Part shown: positions 8,985 through 17,010 of the stretch, piece by piece
Layout of the letters: each line of letters begins with the position of its first letter
Position numbering within the stretch: position 1 is the first letter of the stretch
Assembly: GCF_029263155.1 (NCBI RefSeq)
Contig: NZ_JAJCYB010000104.1
Span: forward strand, 67,565 to 131,564
Length of the DNA stretch: 64,000 bases
Reading direction: 5' to 3'
Origin: Pseudonocardia sp.
Lineage (GTDB): Bacteria > Actinomycetota > Actinomycetes > Mycobacteriales > Pseudonocardiaceae
Position numbers and translations under genes: made by a program
The notes under the pieces: model-generated
The model's database searches: none
Told to the model about the DNA's origin: nothing
The model's input: only the letters and a program-made list of their open reading frames with translations

Positions 8985-10151
8985 ATGCGAGTTCTCCAGA
9001 TCATCGACTCCTTCTCGTTCGGCGGGGCCGAGCGCCTGCTCGCCACGCTGAACGGGGTCGCGTCGCAGGCGGGGCTGGACCTGACCGTCGCCAGCCTCTC
9101 CCCGCACACCCCCGAGCGCACCGCCAGCCTCCCGCTGCTGCAGGCAGCGGGGCTGCGGCCGAGCTTCGTCGGCGTGCGCAAGCTGCTCGATCCGACCGCC
9201 ATGCCCAAGCTGGTCTCGGCCATCCGGGAGTCCGGCTGCGACGTCGTGCACGCCCACCTCGGCACGTCGGCCACCCTCGTGCCGCTCGCGGCCCGGCTGG
9301 CCGGCGTGCCGTGTTTCAGCACGCTGCACCACCTCCCCCGCCGCCAGCCCGAACGGCGTGACAGGCTCAAGTCCCGGCTGTGCATCCGGTCCGCCGAGCG
9401 CGGCGCCGGCCTGATCTTCGTGTCCCGGGCCGCCCGCGACGCCGCCGAGCGACTCCACGGCCCGGCGCGCCCGTCCTGGACGGTGCTGCACAACGGCGTC
9501 GACCTCACCGCCTTCGAGCCCGCGGACCACGGCCCGCCTCCCGAGCTGCCCGCGGACCTCGGCGTCCCCGCCGGTGTGCCGGTCGTGTCCGTCGTCGCGG
9601 CGCTGCGCGCAGCCAAGGGCCACGAGGTGGCGCTGCGGGCGTGGGACGAGGTGCGTCGCCGGGTGCCCGGTGCCGTGCTGCTGATCGTCGGCGACGGCGT
9701 GCACCGCGCGGCGCTGGAGTCCGTCGCCGGCGACGGCGTGGTGTTCGCCGGGTCCCGGGAGGATGTGCCGGCGATCCTGCGGGCGTCCACCCTCGCGCTG
9801 CTGCCGTCGCTGACCGAGGCGCTGCCGACCTCGGTCATCGAGGCCGCCGCCGCAGGCATCGCGACCGTCGCCACCACCGTCGGCGGCACCCCGGAGATCG
9901 TCGACCACGGGCGCACCGGGCTGCTCGTCGCGCCCGGTGATCCCGTCCCGCTCGGCGGCGCGGTCGTCGAGCTGCTGCTGGACCCTGAACGCCGTGCCCG
10001 GTACGGCTCGGCGGCACGTAGACTCGCCACCGAGCGGTTCGACCTCCGCACCTGGGCCCGGCGTCTGGCGGAGATGTACGACGGCGCGCTCAACGCCCAC
10101 CCCCACCGCGCCGCGGTGCCACGAGCACCGCAGCAGAAGGAGTCGACGTGA
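8985..10151 (+). CDS. Glycosyltransferase family 4
   Basis: GGAERL, VVHAH, HNGVD, LPSLTEALPTSVIEA motifs. Confidence 0.9.
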   Translation: MRVLQIIDSFSFGGAERLLATLNGVASQAGLDLTVASLSPHTPERTASLPLLQAAGLRPSFVGVRKLLDPTAMPKLVSAIRESGCDVVHAHLGTSATLVPLAARLAGVPCFSTLHHLPRRQPERRDRLKSRLCIRSAERGAGLIFVSRAARDAAERLHGPARPSWTVLHNGVDLTAFEPADHGPPPELPADLGVPAGVPVVSVVAALRAAKGHEVALRAWDEVRRRVPGAVLLIVGDGVHRAALESVAGDGVVFAGSREDVPAILRASTLALLPSLTEALPTSVIEAAAAGIATVATTVGGTPEIVDHGRTGLLVAPGDPVPLGGAVVELLLDPERRARYGSAARRLATERFDLRTWARRLAEMYDGALNAHPHRAAVPRAPQQKEST

Positions 10152-10858
10152 ACGAGCAACGGCTGACCCGCCGGCAGCTCTTGTGGATCGCCGTGATCGG
10201 CCTCGTCACCGGCGTGGTCGCCCTGGCCGCCACCTCCTACCTCGTCGGCTCGAGCGACCCGCTGTACCGGGCCGAGGCGCAGGTCGCGCTCGTGCCTGCC
10301 GCCGGGATCCCGGCCGAGGAGGTGCCCTCCTACTGGGAGGCGCTCGGCGGCGGGCAGGCGGGCAGCATCGCCGCGGAGGTCCTCCAGCAGCCGCAGTGGG
10401 CCGACCAGGCCGCCGCGGTCGCCGGTGTCGATCCCGCGACGGTCACGGTCACCGCCGGCGTGGTGGACGCCACGAGCCTGATCGACGTCACGGTCGAGAC
10501 CACCAGCCCCGAGGGCGCCGAGGTCGCCGTCGACGCGCTGATCGCCGCGGCCACGCCCACCGTGCAGCGGGTGTCGGGCCCGTACGCGCTCGACATCGTC
10601 CAGCCCGCGGCGGGCACGGCCGAGGCGTCCGGCGTGTCGGCCACGCAGCTGCTGATCGTGGTGTTCGCGGGCGGGTTGCTCGTCGGCTCCGGGGTCGCGC
10701 TGCTGGTCACGCGGGCCCGCCGTCGTCCCGAGGACGACCGTGGCGCCGTGGTGGACGACGACTGGTCGGCAGCCATCCCGGAGCGCGTCACGAGCAACTA
10801 CCGGCCGCGCGCCCCGGTGGAGGAGCAGGTCACCGGCCGGTACCCGTCGGCCCGGTGA
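10148..10858 (+). CDS. Wzz/CapA-like polysaccharide co-polymerase (chain-length determinant)
   Basis: Two TM helices flanking an extracytoplasmic loop that starts PLYRAEAQVALVP; GTGA-coupled on both sides. Confidence 0.6.
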   Translation: MNEQRLTRRQLLWIAVIGLVTGVVALAATSYLVGSSDPLYRAEAQVALVPAAGIPAEEVPSYWEALGGGQAGSIAAEVLQQPQWADQAAAVAGVDPATVTVTAGVVDATSLIDVTVETTSPEGAEVAVDALIAAATPTVQRVSGPYALDIVQPAAGTAEASGVSATQLLIVVFAGGLLVGSGVALLVTRARRRPEDDRGAVVDDDWSAAIPERVTSNYRPRAPVEEQVTGRYPSAR

Positions 10859-12975
10859 CCACGGCCGCCACCCGGCCGCCCGCCGGGGGCCCGCCCGGTC
10901 CGGCCCGCGAGCCCGAGGCCGCGCCCTCGTTCGTCGAGCGACTCCTCAAGCCCGCCCGCCCGCTGCGGCTCACACCGGGCCAGGCCGGTGCGCTGGCCGC
11001 CGGGATCGGCGGTTTCACCCTGTTCGTCGGGATCGTGCTGGGCCCGTCGGTGGGCCTGCTGTTCCTCGCCGCGCTCGTGGGCTCCGCGGTCGCGGTCGTG
11101 GCGCTCGTCGTCCCGTGGGTGGCGCTGGGCCTGATGGTGATGCTCGAGTTCGCCAACGTCAGTGGCGTGTTCGAGGAGCGCTCGCCGGTCAGCATCTACA
11201 CCGCGATGCTCGCGCTGGGCATCATGTCGGCGCTCGTCGCGCTCGCCCGGCCGCAGTACCGGGCCCGGATCCGCACCCGATGGTGGCTGCCGGTGGCGCT
11301 GTACGTCGTGTACATGGTCTCGCAGGTGCCGTCGACGTTGCAGAGCGCGGCGCCCGAGGCGAGTGCCAACTCGCTGGACAACATGATCAAGGATGGCGTG
11401 TTCCTCGCCGTCATGCTGCTGCTGATGCAGCTCGCGAACCGCCCCTGGATGGTAGGCGCTGCGATCGTGCTCGCGATCGCCCCGATCGCCGGGCTGACCG
11501 CGATCAACCAGTACGTGTACGACAACGGCACCACCTTCGGCGGCTTCTCCAACATCGCCTCCACCGCCGGGGCGTCCATCGCGGCGGCCCGGCACGCGGG
11601 TCCGCTCCCGGACTCGAACTTCTGGGGCCGGTTCCTGGTGCTCGGGCTGCCGTTCGCGTTGGCGTTGGTGCACCGGGCGGGTCAGGCCGGTCACCGGCTG
11701 GCCCAGGTGCTGTGGATCGGCGCGGCCATGCTGGTCGGGCTCGGGCTCTACCTGACCCAGTCCCGCGGCACGTTCCTGGCCGCGGCGGTCGCGGTGCTCG
11801 TATGGATCATCGCCAGCGGCCCGACGGTGCGGCGGTACGCCCTCTACCTCACCCCGGCGGCGCTGGTCGGTCTGCTCATCCCGGGTGTCGGTGACCGGCT
11901 GCTCACCATCACCGAGACGCTGTCCACCCCGGCCTACGCGGCCGATGCCTCCATCATCGAGCGCGGCAACGTGCTCGAGGCGGCCATCTCGGTGTTCCGG
12001 GAGAACCCGCTGCTGGGCACCGGACCCGGCTCCTTCGGCTCGGTCATCACCGAGTACGCGGCGCTCGCCGGTACCGGCCCCACCGGCACGATCACGGCCA
12101 CCCACAACCTCTACCTCGAGATCGCCTCCGAGTCCGGGCTGGTCGGCCTGGCGGGCTGGTTCGTGTTCTACGGCGGGGTGGTCGCGCTCGGGGTGTCCGC
12201 GGTGCTGCGACTCGCCGGCGGCAGGCGCGACGGCAGGCACGGCGTGCCGTCGCGGGCCCTCGCCGCAGCCGGTGTGGCCGCGTTGATCGGCTGGGGCGCG
12301 TCGAGCATCTTCCTGCACCAGTCCTACTCCCGGACGCTGCTGGTCATCTGCGCGTTCGTCGGGTGGATCTACAGCACCTCCCGCAGCGAGGCGTCGCTAC
12401 GGCGCCCGGCCGCGGCCGACGCGACCACCGCGGCCGCCGTCGGACTCCGGTTCGGCATGGTGGCCACCGCCCTGACCACCGCGCTCGCCTGCGTCGTCGC
12501 CGCCGCGCTGTACGCGGTGATGGAGCGTCCCACCTACGTGGCCACGGCCGAACTCACGATGCAGGCGACGGCCGACACCTATCCCGGGTACGCGCTCGAC
12601 GTCCGCAGGCGCGTGCTGTTCCTGCCGACGTTCGCCGCCGTCATCGAGGGTGGCCTCGCCCAGTCCGCCACGACCGTCACCGGGGACCCGAACCGCGGCA
12701 CGATGACGGTGCGCTCGGTGGCGGCGGATCCGGCCGAGGCCGTCGCTCTGCGCGACAGCGCGGTGCTCCAGGCGGACGGGATCGTCGAGGGGAAGGGTCT
12801 GGGGTCGGCCTACGACGTCATTCCCATCGCGATCGACGAGGTCACCGAGCAACGGCCGCTGAGCAACACGACGCTGCGGGTCATCGCCCTGGCCACGCTG
12901 TTCCAGATCGGGTTGGTCGTGGCGGGCTGCTCGTGGTTCCGCAACCATGGACGGCGGGGCGCCCGGTTCACGTAG
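10855..12975 (+). CDS. O-antigen ligase/Wzy polymerase family protein with C-terminal Wzz-like domain
   Basis: LTQSRG, NPLLGTGPGSF, THNLYLEIASESGLVG; C-terminal TM-PTYVATAELT...TM module. Confidence 0.8.
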   Translation: MTTAATRPPAGGPPGPAREPEAAPSFVERLLKPARPLRLTPGQAGALAAGIGGFTLFVGIVLGPSVGLLFLAALVGSAVAVVALVVPWVALGLMVMLEFANVSGVFEERSPVSIYTAMLALGIMSALVALARPQYRARIRTRWWLPVALYVVYMVSQVPSTLQSAAPEASANSLDNMIKDGVFLAVMLLLMQLANRPWMVGAAIVLAIAPIAGLTAINQYVYDNGTTFGGFSNIASTAGASIAAARHAGPLPDSNFWGRFLVLGLPFALALVHRAGQAGHRLAQVLWIGAAMLVGLGLYLTQSRGTFLAAAVAVLVWIIASGPTVRRYALYLTPAALVGLLIPGVGDRLLTITETLSTPAYAADASIIERGNVLEAAISVFRENPLLGTGPGSFGSVITEYAALAGTGPTGTITATHNLYLEIASESGLVGLAGWFVFYGGVVALGVSAVLRLAGGRRDGRHGVPSRALAAAGVAALIGWGASSIFLHQSYSRTLLVICAFVGWIYSTSRSEASLRRPAAADATTAAAVGLRFGMVATALTTALACVVAAALYAVMERPTYVATAELTMQATADTYPGYALDVRRRVLFLPTFAAVIEGGLAQSATTVTGDPNRGTMTVRSVAADPAEAVALRDSAVLQADGIVEGKGLGSAYDVIPIAIDEVTEQRPLSNTTLRVIALATLFQIGLVVAGCSWFRNHGRRGARFT

Positions 12976-13029
12976 TTCGTCACGAAGCCTGCTGCTCGGG
13001 GCATCCGAACGCTCCAGTACCTTCGGCCC

Positions 13030-14094
13030 ATGCGTGCTTCCCGTACCCGGTCGTGGCTGCTGGGAGTGGTGACAGTCGCGCTGGCCCTCACGGCCTGCTC
13101 GGCGGAGCCCACCGACCCCCCGGCGGCGGGAGACGGGTCCGACGAGGTGACACAGCCGATCATCGGTCCCGACTTCTCCACGATCTTCGCCGAGGGCGAC
13201 TCCCCCTGGTACACCGAGATCCCCGTGGACGCCCCGATCGACCCCCGGTCCGAGGAGTTCGTCGCCGAACTGGTCGAGGACGACTCGAACCCCGTCGTGT
13301 CGGTGAACGGCTGGACGATCCCGGTCTACGAGGCCGATGCCTCCACCCCGCGATACACGGTCGAACCCACCGAGGACTACCTGCCCGGCTGGGCGCTGCA
13401 GGACGTGCCGATCCCCGACGCCGCCGCTCCCGACCCCCAGGACGACGGCCACATGGTGGTCGTCGACCGCGAGGAGGGTTGCGTGTACGAGTTCTGGCAG
13501 GCCCGGCGCGAAGGCTCGGGCTGGACGGCTTCCTGGGCCAACGCCACGCCGACCGACGGTGACGGGATCTATCCCGACGGTCTCAGCTCCCGCGCGAGCG
13601 GGCTGTCCTCGATCGCCGGGCTGATATGGCCGCAGGAGCTCGCGGCGGGCGAGATCGACCACGCGCTCGCCTTCGCCTACCCCAACACCCGCGACGGCGG
13701 CCCCGTGCCTCCCGCCACCGCGAGTGACGGCAGGACGGAGAGCGACACCGCGCTGCCCGAGGGCGCCCGGCTGCGGCTCGACCCGTCGATCGACATCGAG
13801 GCGCTGGGGCTGTCCCCCGCGCTGGAGGCGATCGCCGAAGCGCTGCAGACCTACGGCATGATCCTCGTCGACACCAGCGGCGGGATGGCCCTCAACGCCG
13901 CCTCACCGCAGACCTACGAGAACTATCCGTACCCGCCGAGCTGGTCGGCCGACATCTGGGCGGACCTCAGCGCGATCCCGTTCGAGTCCATGCAGGTGCT
14001 TCCGGTCGGTTCCCAGACCGAGCGCAACTCCGGGCCACCGGCGATCAACCGCTGCAACGAGGGCGCCCTCCAGGGCGGGGACGACGACGAGTAG
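13030..14094 (+). CDS. Lipoprotein with unassigned conserved domain (paralogue 1)
   Basis: Lipobox LALTAC; acidic domain with DGH, HALAF, PATASDG, PEGARLRLDP and ALQTYG motifs shared with two neighbours. Confidence 0.8.
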   Translation: MRASRTRSWLLGVVTVALALTACSAEPTDPPAAGDGSDEVTQPIIGPDFSTIFAEGDSPWYTEIPVDAPIDPRSEEFVAELVEDDSNPVVSVNGWTIPVYEADASTPRYTVEPTEDYLPGWALQDVPIPDAAAPDPQDDGHMVVVDREEGCVYEFWQARREGSGWTASWANATPTDGDGIYPDGLSSRASGLSSIAGLIWPQELAAGEIDHALAFAYPNTRDGGPVPPATASDGRTESDTALPEGARLRLDPSIDIEALGLSPALEAIAEALQTYGMILVDTSGGMALNAASPQTYENYPYPPSWSADIWADLSAIPFESMQVLPVGSQTERNSGPPAINRCNEGALQGGDDDE

Positions 14095-14236
14095 GTCCTC
14101 GACGAACGGTCCCGGGTCCGAGCACCACCACGGTCACGGCACTGCCGGGCGCCGGTCACCGACGGACGCATGCACGTCGTCGACAGAACGACGTCATCCG
14201 ATCGAGGTAACGATTCGAACCGGGAGACTACGCCGC

Positions 14237-15544
14237 GTGACTCGACATGCAGCGCCGCCGGCCCCCAGGCGGCACGCAGCGCCGGACACCCCCAGGCCGG
14301 CCGCACCCGGGCGAGCGGCCTCGAAGCGGCACGCGGCCACGGCCACCCTGCGGCGGCACGACCTGTCGAGCGTCCTGCTGACCATCGGCTGTGTGGCCGC
14401 GCTCACCGGGATGCTCCTCGCCGTGCCCGTCCTACAGGGACCCGACGAGCCCGAGCTCCCCGAGATCCGGGCGTCGGAGCTCTCGGTCGTGGTGCCCGAG
14501 ATCCCCTCCGACGTCGCCGACCTCCCGCAGTCGCTGCTCGACCCGCCCACGACCGAGACAGCGGCCCCGGAGACCTCTGCCGCCGCGCCCTCGGCCGCAG
14601 ACCCGGAACCACGGTCCGCCGCCGCCGGTGGCGGCGGCGGCGGGGGCGGGGGCCTCGGCAGCGCCGAGCTGTTCGGCGGTCCGAGCAGCCCGTGGGTGCA
14701 GCGCCTCGCCGCGAACGCGCCGCTCGATCCGAACTCCGCCGAGTACGTGCGCGGGCTCAACGCCGAGACGTTCAAGATGGCGATGGAGGAATGGTCCATC
14801 CCCATCTACTACGCCGACGCCTCCACCCCGCGCCACGACGTGCCGCTCACGGTCGACTGGGCACCGGTCGGCACGCTGCGTGACGTTCCACTCCCGAGCG
14901 AGGCCCGGGCCGACCCGATGGACGACGCGCACCTCACCATCGTCGACCGTTCCACCGACTGCGTCTACGAGTTCTGGGGCGCAGCCGGATCGGGTGGCGG
15001 CATGTCGGCGCGCTGGGGCAACGCGATCCCGGCCGACAGCGACGGGATCTACGACGCCGGGTTGGCGACGCGTGCCTCCGGCTTCTCGGCCGCGGCCGGG
15101 CTGGTCACCGCCGAGGAGCTGCGCCGCGGGTCCATCGAGCACGCGCTGGTGTTCGCCTACCCCGACACCCGGTCCGGCGGTCCGGTCGCGCCCGCCACGG
15201 AGAGCGACGGCCGGACCGACAGCTCCTCGGCGCTGCCGCAGGGCGCCCGTGTGCGGCTCGACCCGTCGATCGACCTCACGACGTTCGGGCTGAACCCGGC
15301 CGAGCTGACGATCGCCCGGGCGATCCAGCGGTACGGGATGATCCTCGGCGACACGAGCGGCGCGTTCACGATCTACGCCGAGCACCCGCAGAGCCTCGGG
15401 GGCGGCGCGTACTCGGGCCTGCTCCCCCAGCAGACGTCGCTGGACATGAGCAACATCCCCACTCAGCACCTCCAGGTGCTCGACCTGCCGGCGCAGAGCG
15501 ACAGGGACTCGCGGCCCGTCGGCAACCGCTGCAACGGGTACTAG
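14237..15544 (+). CDS. Membrane-anchored exported protein with the same unassigned domain (paralogue 2)
   Basis: N-terminal TM, Pro/Ala/Gly linker, then DAH, HALVF, PATESDG and PQGARVRLDP motifs. Confidence 0.78.
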   Translation: MTRHAAPPAPRRHAAPDTPRPAAPGRAASKRHAATATLRRHDLSSVLLTIGCVAALTGMLLAVPVLQGPDEPELPEIRASELSVVVPEIPSDVADLPQSLLDPPTTETAAPETSAAAPSAADPEPRSAAAGGGGGGGGGLGSAELFGGPSSPWVQRLAANAPLDPNSAEYVRGLNAETFKMAMEEWSIPIYYADASTPRHDVPLTVDWAPVGTLRDVPLPSEARADPMDDAHLTIVDRSTDCVYEFWGAAGSGGGMSARWGNAIPADSDGIYDAGLATRASGFSAAAGLVTAEELRRGSIEHALVFAYPDTRSGGPVAPATESDGRTDSSSALPQGARVRLDPSIDLTTFGLNPAELTIARAIQRYGMILGDTSGAFTIYAEHPQSLGGGAYSGLLPQQTSLDMSNIPTQHLQVLDLPAQSDRDSRPVGNRCNGY

Positions 15545-15566
15545 AGCCGCGCGCCGCGTGGTCGGC

Positions 15567-16523
15567 TCAGGCCTTCCGCAGCCACAGGCTCGCGTTGCCC
15601 ATCGTGTTGCGTGCGCTGGGCGCGCACATCGCCAGCGGCAGGGCCTCCGTCACCGCCCCGGCGTGCTTGTGCGCCATGTAGGAGTTGAAGTACACGATCG
15701 AGAACGCCTCGTTGTACTGCAGGAAGGCGCGCAGGAAGTACGCCTCGTTCCAGGCCCTGCCCTGTTCCAGCCAGCCCGACGGGTACTCGAACGGCCACAT
15801 CACGTCGTGGACGTGCACGATCACACCCGACCGCAGCAACGGGAGGATCCGGAAGAGCAGGTGCAGTACGTCGCTGTCGGCCTTGGCCAGGTGGGAGGAG
15901 TCGATGAACAGGAAGTCCCCGGCCTCGAGCGAGGTGAAGACGTCGTCGGGCACCTCCTGCACGGGCTGCCGCAGGACCGCACACCGCGTCCGGTCGGCTT
16001 CGCTCAGTAGCCCCAGCAGGCGCTCCGGGTAGGGATCGATGAACGTGAGCTCGAGGTTCCCGTCGAAGAACCGGTCGTCGACCTCCAGCATGGCGGCCGA
16101 CGAGAAGCCCGAACCGACCTCGACGATCCGCCGGGGCCGGAAGACCCGCATCATCGAGTAGAGGACGACGCCGTCGCCGTAGGAGTAGAACGGGTTGTCC
16201 AGGTGGTAGCGACAGCTCTCGGACGGATGCTCGGCGAACGGCATCTCCGGGTAGTGCTCGGCGAAGTCGGCGAGGAGGCGCAGCTGGCCCTCCTCGTGCA
16301 GGACCACGCCGGGGATGTCGTCGACCGACCGGTCGAACACCCGACCGGCGTTGCTGCGGATGTGGTCGATGTCGGGGATCGGCGAGTAGAAGTGCCCGGG
16401 CGGCGCGTACCGGATGAACTCCTTGTTCCGCGACCTCATCAGCCCGTACCAGATCTTGGCGTCCAGCAGGGGTCTGCGCACCCGGCGCAAGCCCGGACGC
16501 GACAGGACGGACCTGACCGACAT
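15567..16523 (-). CDS. Class I SAM-dependent methyltransferase (Methyltransf_24-like)
   Basis: IVEVGSGFSS, LFIDSSH, HVHD, WNEAYFLRAFL; GGGAGA upstream of ATG. Confidence 0.85.
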   Translation of the reverse strand: MSVRSVLSRPGLRRVRRPLLDAKIWYGLMRSRNKEFIRYAPPGHFYSPIPDIDHIRSNAGRVFDRSVDDIPGVVLHEEGQLRLLADFAEHYPEMPFAEHPSESCRYHLDNPFYSYGDGVVLYSMMRVFRPRRIVEVGSGFSSAAMLEVDDRFFDGNLELTFIDPYPERLLGLLSEADRTRCAVLRQPVQEVPDDVFTSLEAGDFLFIDSSHLAKADSDVLHLLFRILPLLRSGVIVHVHDVMWPFEYPSGWLEQGRAWNEAYFLRAFLQYNEAFSIVYFNSYMAHKHAGAVTEALPLAMCAPSARNTMGNASLWLRKA

Positions 16524-16648
16524 GCTGTTCTCCCATCTCAGGGTCGACACCCGCGGGGTCGAACGAGTCCCGGACCGTGCTGGTCCGCCGGGCGTCTCGG
16601 CACACCCGGGGGCCCTGTGGGGCCGAGCGGGCCGGACGACGACGGCGA

Positions 16649-16684
16649 TCACCCGGGCGAGTCACCAGCGCCACGAGCGGGTGA
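16649..16684. promoter_or_regulatory. Tandem BldM-box-like sites
   Basis: TCACCCGGGCGAGTCA (16649-16664) followed by CGCCACGAGCGGGTGA (16669-16684) in a divergent intergenic region. Confidence 0.35.
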
Positions 16685-17010
16685 CCGCCAGAGCGGCGCC
16701 AGTGTAGGTGGCTGCGATCACAGGATGGTCCGCGGCCCGTCGGGATCGGCACCGAGCACCGGCGCTCCCCGGCGAGAGGTTTTGCGAAACCCCCACGCAT
16801 CCGACGCCGGACGGGGATAGTGCCGGGCCGTGCACTCCGACGGCCAGACTCCGATCACGGTATGTAGTAGCCGCTTGACCTTGCGTGACACGGTCGCCTC
16901 GATCAGGGGGCTGTTCCACCGGGTCGGGTGCATTCCCGTGCGCAACTCTGGACTCCCTGTGCTCAACAGCATCAGCTGTCACAGCACAGCACACCTGGGG
17001 AGGCAGTCCG

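Noticed and set aside
16524-17010. Possible riboswitch or sRNA in the long divergent intergenic region
   Set aside because: I could not match c-di-AMP, c-di-GMP or other riboswitch consensus elements by eye; an Rfam/Infernal scan would be decisive.
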